Shown: piece after piece, positions 38,817 through 53,139 of the stretch | How the letters are laid out: every line of letters begins with the position of its first letter | Position numbering within the stretch: position 1 is the stretch's first letter | Assembly (NCBI RefSeq): GCF_006345805.1 | Contig: NC_043007.1 | Span: forward strand, 10,416,001-10,480,000 | Length of the DNA: 64,000 bases | Origin: Octopus sinensis | Taxonomy: Eukaryota | Direction: 5' to 3' | Notes under the pieces: generated by a model | What the model was told of the DNA's origin: nothing | Database searches by the model: none | What the model saw: only the letters and a program-made list of their open reading frames with translations | Position numbers and translations under genes: made by a program

Positions 38817-40729
38817 CCAGTTATTAAATATAGTTAACTAGAACCAAATGCGGTGAGTGCTACTGTCCTTTGTTCATTCGTATGTGCATATATATAAGCA
38901 ATTCCTTTGGTTGAGAGGTGATCCCGTCCTTCCTGCGTATGCATGATAAATTGCGCACTGGTAGGCTGCGTCAGTTTATTGTTATTTCGCCTAGAATACT
39001 GATGTGTAGTGTACGCTCGTCGGATTTTCGTTTTCAGGTGTTACCCAGGTACTCAACTATGAGTACACAGCATTTAATAGCGGGAACAGCTATAAGCTAA
39101 CGAAGTGCATAAGATAATCATTTATTACTTTATCCTTTCCTTTTTCTTCTTATCGCTCTGTACTCGACTAACGCTTAGTTCTGAAGCATACGTATATTGA
39201 ATTCTATACAAGGATTGCAATGTTTAAGCCACACACACACACACACACACGAGTGGGGGTGCTGAAGAATTCCTGGCTTTGGGTAAAAGAACGTACATGA
39301 GGATCAGTTAGTTATGATTTCCTTCAGCATCTTCTCTCAGATTCACACACTTATTGCAGCGGTCCTTCAGTTTTTCTAAGCCCCGTAAAAGAACTCGTAA
39401 TGTTCAACCAGGCCTGTCGCGATGCCCTTAAAGCCATGAATAGGTATTTCGCCCGTCGTTACGTTTTGAGTTGAAATTCCGCTGAGGTCGACTTTACCTT
39501 TTATCTTTTAAGGGTCGATAAATCAAGTACCAGTGAAACACTGGGGTCGATGAAATCGACTCATCCACTCCCCCAAAATTGCTGCCCTTGTGCCAAAATT
39601 TGAAACCATTATTATCACTATCATTGCTTTGCTACCACTATCGTTATCGTAATAACTATTAAAGAAAACTTCATGTAACATACATGATAGTATGCACGTG
39701 TAATTTCGAACATAAAGTTCACGTGATAATCGAAAATAATGTTTGGTGCCTTTAACATCGTTTCTGCTAGGTTCTTGGTAAATTTAAGCTCGGTTTTCGA
39801 GATGTTAACCGATTGATTTTTCATATTTTGGGGAGCTACAGTTGTAGGCGTCCACCTTTCTATTCAGTTTCATCTTGTTTCTTGTATTTAAAATGTGGCA
39901 GTATCTGCCACATTTAGGAAATATTAGTTCTGTGACAAACGTCGGTAGGCAGGATTGGTGAAGTTGAGACACAAAGATCTTTGGATATTCCTTTGCGTTT
40001 CTTTGCATTCCCAAGGGCTGAGGCGCGAGTCAACGAAAATACAAATAATAATTTGAGTGAGCCTACCACGGCTGACGTTGAACCTCGTAAAGGTGCTACC
40101 TGAAAAACACAAGCAACTAATAATAGTCTTTCTGACAAAACCACCTCTAACTCATGTATTTGTAGAATTTCCACCTAGTGTTTTTTAAAAAATGTTTTAC
40201 ATGTACACTATTTTCGCGCATAATACAGCCTTTATTTATTCTCGCTGCAGCCATTCTACATTTAAAAGTAGTTATACAACCATGTGTATTCATTTATGTA
40301 ATTTCATAAAAAGAATACTGCCTTACTGACCAAAGTGATATAGAATTTCAAAAAGAAAATGAAAAGACGGCAAATTATTTTTGTTCATGATTAGAACGGC
40401 TTTTCTATACAATGGTGGAACAGGTGAGTATATTCTATAGTAAATGCATTTAATGAGTTATTAACTAATTGTTCAAGCAAATATAATAAGGTTTTTCGGT
40501 AAAATAGCCGAGCAAGTTTTAATTTTTTGTTTAGGTGTGGGTACGTATGTTCATTTTCTGTCATAGACTATTCATTTCTATTTTGTCTACCTTTTCCTTG
40601 ACCTAGGAATTAGTAAGTAAAACTCTTTATTGGACTTCAATCAACTCTTATTCATTTTAATTTTTACTGGAAATTCTTTGAATACTACTCTTGTAAATTT
40701 AGTACTCATTAGTACTACTTCATTCATTA

Positions 40730-41863
40730 CACAACCCAACAGGTTTTTTGTTGTAAGAACGTTTTTGGTTGATTTGAAGGTTTTTTTATATGCTGAATCC
40801 CAAAATAGAATTCATTTCTTTAACCATTACATTACATTAGATTACAAAACCCCAATCATCAGCGGGTGGTTTGCATGGACTTTAAGATGGTCTATTTTCT
40901 TCTGGGGAAACAAAGTGGAAACACAAAATATCAATGCTTTTATATATGTGGTACAGCAGAACCAGAGAAATAGATTAAGTGACTAAAGAATGGCCGCAAC
41001 GGGCAATTAGTTCTAGGGCCATTTAACGTGATTGAATAGCTTTTAGTTCATCTGAGAAAAACATCCTACTTCCATTCCATATCAAACTTGTCGTTATGAA
41101 GAAATTTCTCAACGTTCTGTGTACATATGCACCATGTTTAAACTGTATCTGAAGCATATTTCCCGGTCTGAGCAGTGAAAAGATAAAAGCTGGAGTATTT
41201 GATGGGCCTCAAACCAGAACATTGATGAAAGATGGGAATTCAATGAATTACATTGAAGGGGCAACATGGAATTCATTTGTAATAGTTGTAAATGACTTCC
41301 TTGGCAACAAGAAAGCAGTCAGCTATGCTGGAATAGTCGACAGCATATTGGAGAACTTTCAAAAGTGTGAGCTGCAGTGTCTGCACAGTCACCTTGAAAA
41401 CCTTGGTGATACAAGTGATAGGCAGGGAGAACATTTCCATCAATGGAACAAAGGTATCAAGGTAGATGGAACTTGCGCATGATGGCGGACTATTGCTTGA
41501 TCGCGATCTTCCTGAGGCTCAGCACTCAAGAAAATCATCTAAACGTAAATTCATGGGAAATTAGGTATAAACAATGATGTAACCGTCTGTAAAAATTTTT
41601 TAATTTTTACTAGATTTTCAGTAGAATTTTAAGAAAACATTCTGGTTTTCAGGAAAAATCCCTTTCTATGTACGTTTATATACTATAACTTGTTCCTCAT
41701 AAGCTGTTTTATTGAAAACAATGAAATTCTATGTATCCAGTATCTTAAAATCTTGACGTAGTGGTAATAAATGGATATCATTTTCGGGGTCTTTGTATAA
41801 AAAAACCTCTCGTTTATGTCCAAAGTTTTTGACATCGACAAAAGATTTTTTTGTTGGGCAGTT
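40730..41863 (+). mobile_element. Deleted Chapaev-like (CMC) DNA transposon
   Basis: DFKMV.FLLG.Q.G.TKY.C, FPGLSSEKIKAGVFDGPQ, FLGNKKA, LHSHL..SDRQGEHFHQ; ends cacaacccaacag / tgttgggcagt. Family name is from recall. Confidence 0.7.
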
Positions 41864-42566
41864 TTATCGCTGTTGATCTAAAATTTTAAATCTTAAACTA
41901 ATATTTCAGTACCTATGTTTTCAATTTTATTGAAATCACTTTAATCATTTAATTTCCTATATATTCCTGTTTTATGATTTTATCATTTTTATAAGTTTTC
42001 ACGATACTAGGGCTATATATTTTATATGCGCTTTATATTTTTTACCCTACCTGTTTCCTATAATCTTCAGCTTGCCAAATTTTACAAGTACAATGTTTAT
42101 TATTTTATTTTAAATATCTTTATAAAAGTTTATTAAATTTTAAATTAAAAATTTAATTTTGTTACTACAGAGTGTACGATTCTTCAAATTTTAATTTAAA
42201 ATTTTCCAATCTTTACCCTGTAATTAGTCACATTTTTTTTAATTACTTTCTTCTGAGTACTAGAATTTATAATTTCAGTTTTTACCTATATTTTCTTATT
42301 ATTCGTACTCATATTGTGACTGAAGTCGGATGAAAGATCGTCGGGTGGACTGTTCCTGCAACTCAGATGAGCCAGTTTCGTTATATAGCTGATTCTCCTT
42401 GATGAGTACACCAAAACAATCCGCGGAATACTCAACCACTTACAATAAAACAATGAATTGACTGTTCATTTGGAATACACATTTTCAAATCTGTATTAAA
42501 TTTTTTCTCTGTTATTATTGTCTGTTGCAGAAATGTTGCTTTCATTCTCTTCCTATTTCAGTTTGG

Positions 42567-43810
42567 TTAACGTGTGCTGTTGTTTCTATTTTGTTTCAAT
42601 TTGTGCTTAATTCCAAACAAATATTTTACCTCGTCTATAAAATTCTGATGTCTGAAACTATAAATTATTGGATTAAAACTTGAGTTAATGTATAAAGTAT
42701 GTCGTGCGAGCCAATAGAATATAGCTGCCGTTATCGACATTGTGTCTTCAGACTTCAGTGTAGCATTCACTATCATGGCGATAACGCTGGGTATATAAGT
42801 CACTATAAGGATTATAGTAACCATCAGCATTGTTACAGTGTTTCGCTGTAACCTTTCAGTTTGTTCTCTTACTCGTCTTTCTCTGTATGTCTCCCGCAAT
42901 TTATTTGCGAGAGGTGCAGTGTTTTTTGTACCCAAGTTTGACATGTCCTCCGGTGACACTCCAGATGGTGAGCCTATTCTGGACAATTCTTCATTAGAAT
43001 TCGAAGCTAATTGGTTAATATCATTGATTTTTGGAATATAACTCCATCGTCGTTGAGCTTCATCAGGATACAAGGCACTTCTGATGTTCTTCCGACTCTG
43101 TTGTAATTCAATACTGTTTCCTTCCTTGACTTTAATTTTTCGAAGAATTATGGTGTAAACTATACTGAGATAAATGAACGTTAACATTGTTAAGAGAAAA
43201 TAGAAAGCGAAGAATCCAAGTTGATAATAGTTAAGCTCCTTGTAGTTTTTTGCTGAGCAAGAATAGCTGTAGATACCAGGATAATTAGTCGGTTTTTGGA
43301 TACTTCCGTAGTAAAGAATAGCAATACTTCCCTGTATTGCGGAGAAAACAAATATAAATACCGTAATAATTTTAGCAGCTTTCATTGTTATCTGAGGTTT
43401 CAGCATATGGCATACTTTTCTGTATCTATCTGTTGCAATGGCCACTAGAAACCCACAGTTACAAAGTCCTACAAATACAGATAAGCACATATGGTTTTGC
43501 ACATTGCATCCCAGGTCGTCATCATGGGGTAAAAATTTTGAACAATGCGAGTTGGTGATACAACAGCACAAAGTATCAAATCAGCACAAGCCAGCATGAC
43601 GACAAACAGGTACGTTGGGGATAACTTCAAGCGAAATCCGTAAATGTAAACAGTTAAAATGTTTCCAACGAAACCAATGGTCATTGTTAATATAACTAAA
43701 ATGGTTGAAGGGATTCTTATCAAAACTTGTTGTCCGTTGAGTTCTTCGATGGTGACACTATATTCGGTACCGTTTGTTGTTCCATTCTCCATTGAATCAG
43801 TAAATAACAT
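42567..43810 (-). CDS. Second class A orphan GPCR (~414 aa if repaired), single 1-nt frameshift
   Basis: ORF 43469-43876 (MLFTDSMENG..WDAMCK) joins ORF 42567-43571 (HMCLSVF..TDRY..NPIIY); one base is missing at the A4 run (plus TTTT 43495-43498). Confidence 0.9.
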
Positions 43811-43984
43811 CTTTTTTTCGGATTTTGGGGCGTGTTTTCTCTGTTTAATCTGAAAGAAAAAAAAAAAGAAAAACACAGAAAAATGTTAAATCTATTTCGA
43901 CTACCACAACCATTCCTAACCTTAGAATTATATGCCGCTTTTTTCTTTGAAACATCCCTGCATATTTATATATTCCTATCTCCA

Positions 43985-44315
43985 TCTTTTACGGATTCCA
44001 TGGACAGCGAGGCTCGCCAATGGAGAAGTTCTTAAGCAGATCCGGCCGAAAATGTCGCTAGAAGCTAGGATCACCAAGCATAGATTGGCATATTTTGGTC
44101 ATATTATGCGGAGAAAATTCCTGGAGAAGGACATCAAGCTCGGAATGGTCAGTGGCAAGTGAGGAAGAGGCCGACCAAGAACCCGCTGGCTTGACACCAT
44201 CAGGAGTGATACCGGAATGGACATAGCCAATCTGAAAGAAGCGGATAGAACTGACTGGAGGACACTGATCCATCGAGTAACCGAGAGTCGACTTCGACTG
44301 AGCGAATAGATAGAT
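43985..44315 (+). mobile_element. RTE LINE 3' fragment
   Basis: LRIPWTAR..YFGHIMRR..LEKDI..GK.GRGRPRTRWLD. Confidence 0.88.
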
Positions 44316-46017
44316 CTCCATCTTTCCTTTATATTTATACGGTCCTTCCGACCTGTGAGTCTTTTGTTTTTGCTACCTTGATCCTCGTTTTTAAATACTA
44401 TTTCCGTTCTCCTTCCTCTTCTTCCCTAGACGTCACCCAGCTGCCCCTTATCTACTACAAGTAGTTTGTGATAGATCAGGCAAACATCTTATTGGCTCAG
44501 TAAGATAATATAGCTGATGAGTTTCGAAAGGGGGTGCTGAAATACCACACTGTGCTCATAGATATGACTGGTAGACCAAGCAAATTCTCTACATTCCAGT
44601 CACAGGAAACCAGACTCAATACCCATCACCCCACCGTCCAGAACTTTCCCCTTGCTTAAGTAAAAAGCAGTAAACCGAGCAGGCTGTAACCTGCCAATTC
44701 CTTTTTCTATGGCGAACACAAAGCAAGACCAATAACAACAGCGACAACTCTAAAAATAATCACAGCCGGCAGTTACTACAAGGACAAGAATCGCAGCAAC
44801 AACCACAGGAAAAGAACAGTGGCAACAGATTAATCTTGGTTACAGAAGATAGTCAGAACAACAAAAATAATAACAAAGACAGCAACAACTCCACAACTAA
44901 CAATAGACATTACAACAACAGAGCAATCACCACCATCAGTAACAACAATACAAGTAAATTATCAGTGAAATGGACGATACAAATATTTTTTTTATATGAA
45001 CGAAATTGTTGTATATAGTGCTCAGGTGCACTACAACTAAAAACAAAAAGCCATCAGGTGTAGTGTTGGCGTATTTCAGGAAGCATGGAAGTTTTGAAGG
45101 ATGTAGTGCCTCGATAGATAACGACTGAGGCAGGTAGTTTATTCCATGCTTCAACAATTCTGAGCGTAAAAACATGTTTCCGAAAGTCATGGGTGCTGTG
45201 TGTGTGTGTTTTTTTTAAATTTTATTTTGTAAGCATGTCCGCGAGTGTTTATCATGTGGAACTCAAAAAGGTGCCCCAAAATGGATTCTCTTATTTCAAT
45301 GCACTGGCAACATTCCAGTCATTTAGTGGAAAACCCCCATGAAAATCCACCGAATTGCAACAATACAAACAAATACAAACAAATAATGACAACTTCGCCC
45401 TCATAGGTGTAGATAGATAGAAATCACGCAATCTGCAAAGTAATAATGAAGGCAGCCCATCTAAGAGAAGGAAAACTCAAAACTTAAACCAAGCGAAACA
45501 AATAAAATACCAGGTCGAGGGTCCGAGGTCTGCGGGTGTTACAGATTTCTCGAGATGAGTCATGGTAGACAATCCATCTACCGATGGTGTCACTAGTTGG
45601 TGGTAACCTAAAATCACAGCAGCAGTTATGAATGAAATGCACAATACAAATATAGCAGATAACGTCTCTGATAACCTTCAAAATAAGTTCGTCTGACTTC
45701 GATGCACCTGTAGCAGTTCAGTCAATTTGTGAAGGCCCCATGAAAACCTTCAAAGGTGAAAGTGTCGAGGACCCTTGTCACAGTCTCCTTCATTTCTAAA
45801 ATGACTTCCTACGTGGTACCCCTTCAGCATGATGGACAATCAAAAATCACAGGGACCAAGGCTAGGAATATGAGGAGAGCGAGTAACAGTTTTCATGCCC
45901 ATTTCTGTCAAATAATTGGTTACAAGGATGCTCATCACAGAGCACTCTAGGAACAAACTTTGCACACGCACGCTCAGATCTTCACCTGCACACAGTTGTC
46001 ACACCAACTCCAAATTG

Positions 46018-46457
46018 GGATCTTTTCGGTTTGAACGGCAGTTTTTAACATAATTTCTAGGTAACAAAAGAATTTTAAACTTGGTATACTGGTAGAATAT
46101 GTTTATAAAACATCTTTTTCTCTTGGCTTTATTGAGAAAATTCTATAGTTTGTAAGATATTTGTCGTTTTTTTCTTCAATTTCTGCAATTTCAACCAATC
46201 AATGACGTCCATTGAGGTAAAAACATTCTGTGCCGTATGAATATTCCCTCGTTTAAGAAACAGATTGGGTTTATTTACATTTGTGAAGAAAAAAAGATAC
46301 CTTTCCCCCCACCTCTAACCCTAACTAACCCTAACTAATCCTAACCCTAACCCTAAAACAGATTGAAATGCAATGGATCGATACTAGGGCCATAATTATG
46401 GGTGACAATTTCATATGACACCGCTAGAAAAAACTGCTGTTCAAACCGAAAAGATCC
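46018..46457. mobile_element. Merlin-type MITE
   Basis: TIR ggatcttttcggtttgaac..; GG..CC termini; perfect 8-bp TSD ccaaattg. Confidence 0.85.
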
Positions 46458-47204
46458 CCAAATTGTATGCTTATTGTTTTTATAGACACATGAAGATCCT
46501 CATTCAGAAAATTGCAAATTTCCTCAACCAGCTCCGATCTTTTGACCTCACTCTCCCTCCCACACTTCTCATCCTCTCTCATTTACTCTCTACTGTCGGT
46601 TAAGCCTCTTTTATCAAGGAAAAAATGAACCATAAGCAGTCAAGAGAATTTCATATGTTTCTGTAGCGTTTTCCCCCAGTTTAATAAAAACAAAAAAACC
46701 TTATTGCATAGCGAGTTTCCATATAGTTTTCACGTCCCCACTGCATTCCGCAAAACTAGTCAGCAGCGTCAAGCAGTGTTCAGTAGGATGTGTTCAAAAT
46801 ACTGTTACAGCTATCTTCTTTAATCCGGAATAATTAAAGTTGGCAGGTTAAGACATTAGATGTATAAGAACTCTTTCTTCTGTAGGTACAAGTCCTGAAA
46901 CTTTACAGGAGGGGTTAGTCAATTAAATCGACTCCAGTGCTCAACTGGTATTTATTTTATTGACTCCGAATCGATGAAAGTCAAAAAATCGACCATGACG
47001 GAATTTGATCTCGGTAGGTAAGGACGGACGAAATGTTGCTAAGCATTTCACCCGGAGTGCTAAGGACTCTTCCAGCACGCCGCTTTATCATTAATAAATG
47101 TATGATAATGACATACTCCGTGACACCTTGGGCAAATGTCTCCTACTATACCCTCAGGTCGACCAAGCCCGTCACACACACACACACACACACACATACA
47201 TACA

Positions 47205-47259
<55 letters not shown>

Positions 47260-47265
47260 TTTTTA

Positions 47266-47581
47266 CTCCGCCGGTTACGACGACGAGGGTCCCAGCTGAT
47301 ACGATCAACGGAACAGCTTGCTCGTGAAATTAACGTGCAAATGGCTGAGCATTCCACACAGACACGTGTACCTTTAACGTAGTTCTCGGGGATAATCAGC
47401 GTGACACAGAGAGTGACAAGGCTGACCTTTGAAATACAAGTAAACTCATTTTGCCAGCTGAGTGGACGAGCAACGTGAAATAAAGTGTCTTGCTCAAGGA
47501 CACAACGCGTCGCCGGGAATCGAACTCACAACCTTACGATCATGAGCCGAATGCTCTAACCACTAAGCCACGCGCCCTCAC
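47266..47581 (-). mobile_element. tRNA-derived SINE family C
   Basis: A box tggcttagtgg, B box gttcgattcc, body homologous to 62925-63285. Confidence 0.88.
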
Positions 47582-47611
47582 TTATATATATATATATATA
47601 TATATATATAG

Positions 47612-47698
<87 letters not shown>

Positions 47699-47737
47699 AT
47701 AATATATATATATATATATTATATATATATATTATCG

Positions 47738-47796
<59 letters not shown>

Positions 47797-47801
47797 ATAT
47801 A

Positions 47802-47957
<156 letters not shown>

Positions 47958-48026
47958 GGAGTAAACACATAAATGTGAAGCAAGGTGGAAAAAAGAGTAC
48001 TCAAATACAGTGGTAGAGTAATATTG

Positions 48027-48159
48027 CTTTATTTAAAGCAGCAGAAAATTCAACAAAACCTGTTACTCTGAGTTTCACGTTCCCGTTCGTCGGACACGAA
48101 CGGCAACGTGAAACTCAGAGTAACAGGTTTTGTTGAATTTTCTGTTGCTTTAAATAAAG
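48027..48159. repeat. Near-perfect hairpin (~64-bp arms, 5-nt loop) of pLTR-like sequence
   Basis: ctttatttaaagc..ccgttcgt cggac acgaacgg..gctttaaataaag. Confidence 0.93.
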
Positions 48160-48891
48160 TATATATATAGATCGCATATATATATAGATAGATCGCATAT
48201 ATGTATAGATAGATCGCATATACTCGTGTAAAAGTCGAATTTTTTAGACCATTTTTTAAGGTCAAATTTATGGGGGTGGACTATTACATTGATACTGCTT
48301 TTGAGAGACTGAAATTCAAGCTAGAATCCGAAATACCGTATCGGCAGCAGAAGGCCAACTGATCTCTAAGCAAATAGAAACAAAAGCACCATGAATTACA
48401 GTAATATTACCAATTCTGTGCATGAAAACACGTCTTAGTATGTAGCAAAGCCCATAAAGAAGACTGCGTAACTCTTGCAAATATTTATACTTTCTCTTTT
48501 ATTTCTCTCCATCAAACTTAACAGACTAGCTGAGTGAAATCAATTTATATCTCATAATTATGTTATATTACCACCAGTAACTTATCTACCCGGTACCGGC
48601 ATGCCACTGCCTACCGTAATACGGTGCAAACACCTGATACCTACGCGGCATGTTTGACATCATAACTCTTCAATAACATTACACTATTTTCATGATTAAA
48701 TTCACAATCGTCACAAATGTATTATGGCACGGTATGTTAGTGGTGCAATTTTATTTCCAATTAATTAAATGTAACTTAATGTTTTAAATGCTAAAATTTA
48801 CCCCCACAGAAATGAAGAAAAATAGTTGCAGGATGTCTTGTGCAGTTATCAGTAATCGTCCAAAATATGGTGTAAATTTGTTAATCTAGAG

Positions 48892-49010
48892 CAGGGATTC
48901 CCTAAATGTGTGCTACAAAACCCTAGGGTTCCCTAAATGCTATCAGTGGTTCCACGTTTTTAGAAATAATGTCGAAGGATTCCGCGGCAAAAAAAGCTCG
49001 GGAACTACTG
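48892..49010. mobile_element. Small hAT-type MITE
   Basis: CAG..CTG termini (cagggattccc/gggaactactg), 8-bp TSD atctagag/atctagcg. Confidence 0.65.
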
Positions 49011-49749
49011 ATCTAGCGATTAACTAAAGGTTTTTAGGCTTACCGAAATCATACCGCTTTACGAATTCATACAGTGGTGTTTGCTATTGTTTGCCAATAG
49101 TGCTGTCTGTGAAGCGCGTTTTTCACCATGTAAATAGACGAGCGTATGACGCATGTGTTTATTGTATTTGGAGATGAGGAAACTATAAAGAGGTCGCATG
49201 GGAACCACTGATCTAGCAATTAATTGAATATTTTTAGGCTTACCAAAGTCATGCTTTTGTAAGAATTCAGACAGTGGCGTTTGCCAGTGTTCGCTAATAG
49301 TGCTGTTTGTGAAATACGTTTCTCAACATGCAAACAACGAGCGTATGAAGCATGCGTTTATTGTGCTTGAAGATGTATATAGTCTTACAGTATATCCTGT
49401 GCTTACGTTTTAGTATTGGTGATGTAGCACTCATCAACAGATGTGTAGTGCTCGCTATTAAATTGTGTTTTACTATAAGCACTGAACATTCCATTATAAG
49501 CGCCAAGGATTTTCCCCAAAGAGCATGCGACAGTAAGGAAACCACACAATTTTGTAATAGTGTTATTTCTACGTACAGGATAATATGGTACCTTAAACGA
49601 AAAAATTTATCCTGTAGTTCGTGAAATACTAGGGTCAATGTTATAAGGGGTCTGTGGAAAATTCGCAATTTTTGGCAAAAAATAGGGGTTTGACTTTTAC
49701 ATGAGATCGACTATTACTCGAGTATATATGGTATATATTGTGTATATAC

Positions 49750-50182
49750 GGCGGCGAGCTGGCAGAAACGTTAGCACGCTGGGCGAAATGCTTAGCGGTA
49801 TTTCGTCTGCCGTTACGTTCTGAGTTCAAATTCCGCCGAGGTCGACTTTGCCTTTCATCCTTTCGGGGTCGATTAAATAAGTACCAGTTACGCACTGGGG
49901 GTCGAATAATCGACTTAATTCGTTTGTCTGTCCTTGTTTGTCCTGGCTGTGTTTAGCCCCTTGTGGGTAGTAAAGAAATAGGTATATATTTGTGTGTATT
50001 TCGTCTACCGTTACGTTCTGAGTTCAAATTCCGCCGAGGTCGACTTTGCCTTTCATCCTTTCGGGGTCGATTAAATATGTACCAGTTACGCACTGGGGTC
50101 GATATAATCGACTTAATCCGTTTGTCTGTCCTTGTTTGTCTCCTCCGTGTTTAGCCCCCTGTGGGTAGTAAAGAAAAAGGTA
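49750..50182 (+). mobile_element. Family B SINE dimer
   Basis: Full monomer followed by a headless second body. Confidence 0.9.
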
Positions 50183-50727
50183 CATATTTGTGTGTGTATG
50201 TGTGTGGGCGCGCGCGTATCAGTTTGCCTTTGTGTCTGGCCCCAACGCTGCTTGACAGCCGGTGTTAGTGTGTTTATGTGCCCGTAAAGTAGCGGTTCGG
50301 CAAAGGAGACCGATGGAAAAATAAGTCCTGGGCTAGATTTGTTCGACTAACCTCTTAAATGCGGTGCACCAGCATGGCCGCAATCAAATGACTGAAACAA
50401 GAAGATTAAAGATATGTATATATATGTGTGTGTGTGTACGAGTGCGTATGTTTATCTTCTTGTTATATATATATATATATATATATATTTAATGTAGGAT
50501 AAAATTTTTTCAAAAAAAAATTTTATCAATGGCCAGCATATTTAAAAATACCGTTAAAGGTTAAAATTATAAACAACTTATAAATAAGGGCAAACGAAAA
50601 ATTTTTTAATGTCAAATATTGGACATATTGTCCATTACCATTATAATGGACAATATGTCCAATGTTCGGCCATATTTGTCATTAGAAATTTTTCGTTTGC
50701 CCTTATTCATAGTTTGTTTATATATAT

Positions 50728-50782
<55 letters not shown>

Positions 50783-51137
50783 TATATATGATATATATAT
50801 TATATATAAATATCTGTGGTACTTATTCTATCGGCCTCTTTTGCCGCACCGCTATGTTACGGCAATATAAACAAACCAGCACCGGTTGTCAAGAATTTGT
50901 GATGATAAACACGAAGACAAACACACACATATGTTTTTGACGGGTTTCTTTAAGTTTCCGTCTACAAAATCTACTCTCAAAAGTTTGATTGACCTGACGT
51001 ATGACGCAGGGCAATTGAACCCGCAACCACGTTGTTAGGAAGCAAACTACTTATCTTATAGCCATGTTTGCGCCTCTGATTTTTTTTCAGTACGAAATAA
51101 GATATAAATGTATGCATATATGTATCTACGCGCGCGT

Positions 51138-51178
<41 letters not shown>

Positions 51179-51207
51179 CGCTGTGTGTTGTGTGTGTGTG
51201 TGTGTGT

Positions 51208-51307
51208 NNNNNNNNNNNNNNNNNNNNNNNNNNNNNNNNNNNNNNNNNNNNNNNNNNNNNNNNNNNNNNNNNNNNNNNNNNNNNNNNNNNNNNNNNNNNN
51301 NNNNNNN
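51208..51307. other. Assembly gap (100 N)
   Basis: Direct reading. Confidence 1.
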
Positions 51308-51581
51308 TTTGTCGCGACCCCAGAACCAATATTTTTAACGTTGCACCAGATCCAGGTCTTTGAACGTAGCAGCACAACCAGTGCTTTGTTAAGTAGAATC
51401 AGGATATATATATCAACATATATATATATGTATATATATGATATGATTTAATATAATATAATGTAATATAATATATATATTATAGATGTATATATATAAT
51501 ATATAGAGAGAGAGAGAGACATATATCCACACAAATATATAGTTGTATGTATATTCATATGTAAGTATTAATATACATGTG

Positions 51582-51614
<33 letters not shown>

Positions 51615-51916
51615 CAGAAACTTGTGTATTCACAAATACACACATATATATATATAAAATAAATATTAAGTAAGAGGATCCTCCGTCGGTTGCGCGGGTG
51701 AGTACTCCAGTTGCTGAACTACTGAAACATTTCATTAATATTGAATTGAACATGTATGCTATAGGTCCTTTGACCCCTAATGTAACACTTGGCCGGAATA
51801 ATTGTGGCACACGTGTCATCATGTAAGTATGCGTAACAAAGCTGCCCTTTGTTAATTACTGGTACTGTCTGTCTAACGATTTGTTACATTTTAATAACTT
51901 TAATAACTGTACACAC

Positions 51917-51949
<33 letters not shown>

Positions 51950-52635
51950 TTCACGCTCACTTACACCTATACACAATTATGTACACTCATATATGCACAT
52001 GCTTTTCTTAACGCTTGACCAGCACCAGGGATTTTAACGGGGCAACAATAGATGAAGCAGCTGGAGCTGCACCAGCAGCAGCAGTAACAACAACAACAAC
52101 AACAACAACGCGACTACAGCCGCATTGACAACCACTAAAACAGGAAGCAACAATGGACACATCAACAAACACGCAACATAAGCAACAACAACACGAACAA
52201 CAAGAGTTTGAAACAGCAGAAATAGTAGGCACGAGAAAAGGAAGGGAGATTACCACCGCCGCCGCCATATATTTATCTAATGCTATTATATACTGAATAT
52301 ATATGTTCGATTTCATGTTCGTACACGTGCGTATACAGTCAATACTGGTTGAATGAATGTATCTGTTGTCGGGCTCACAATCATGTGGTAGAGAGTTCAT
52401 TTCCCGGTCCTTCAGCTGAACAAATGAGTTGTGACGTCACAGGTGTCAAGCTTCATCAGTCTTTGTCTTTCTCTGGGATAACATCGGTGACGTGAAGACG
52501 AGAGGCTGATATGCATAGGCGACTTCAGGTCTTCCATAAACACCCTTGCTTGGATTTGTCCCTCGGAGAGGAACTCTCTAGGTGGAATCATATGGTCATT
52601 CACGACCGAAGTGGGATTTGATATGACATATATCG

Positions 52636-53010
52636 GGGTTGGACAAAATAAAGGAAACGCCTAGCATCATAGAATCATAATTTTGAAATGTCTATAAAAC
52701 CTTGAAAAGCTTGTTCATTTTTATGTTTTTATATTTATTATTAGTGTTGCTTAACATGTTCTGCTAAAATTGCTGTTTCTTTTCAGATATCATCAGAAAA
52801 AGTTAATTAAAATTCATTACAATGACAGGATCTATCGAACTTTCAAAGAGGCCAAATTGTCCGTGCTCGTATGGCAGACGCTAGTGTAACGAAAACAGCT
52901 GATATGTTTGGTGTATCAAGAAGTACTGTTTCGAAAGTAATTACATCCTTTGAGAAAGAGGAAAAAAACCTCCTCGTTGAAACAAAACTCCAGAAGAAAA
53001 CCTATACACA
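52636..53010 (+). mobile_element. Tc1-like transposon 5' fragment
   Basis: LSNFQRGQIVRARMADASVTKTADMFGVSRSTVSKV (paired-like HTH). Confidence 0.85.
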
Positions 53011-53139
53011 ATTATGTACACGCATATACGCACATGCTATTCTTCCCTCTGTAAACTGAATAACTATACAAATGCCTTCTCATACATTTACAGAAGCACC
53101 GTCAGATTTTTGCTGATTCCACCTAAAAGATGCACTGGT

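Noticed and set aside
39621-40174. Several short minus-strand ORFs that might be a MULE/hAT transposase relic
   Set aside because: No diagnostic motif could be recognised
46310-46355. Telomere or chromosome-fusion relic (CCCTAA)n
   Set aside because: It is an internal part of the Merlin MITE in both copies
47520-47581. tRNA gene (CAT anticodon-like loop)
   Set aside because: No proper acceptor stem, and it continues into a SINE body repeated at 62925
48216-49733. Possible pogo/Tc2-like element from degenerate TIRs (atatactcgtgtaaaagtcga / tcgactattactcgagtatatat)
   Set aside because: The TIR match is loose and no transposase motif is recognisable inside
51765-51822. Possible protease propeptide exon (..RNNCGTRVI|gtaagt)
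   Set aside because: Weak acceptor, no IVGG-type continuation, and the phase does not clearly fit
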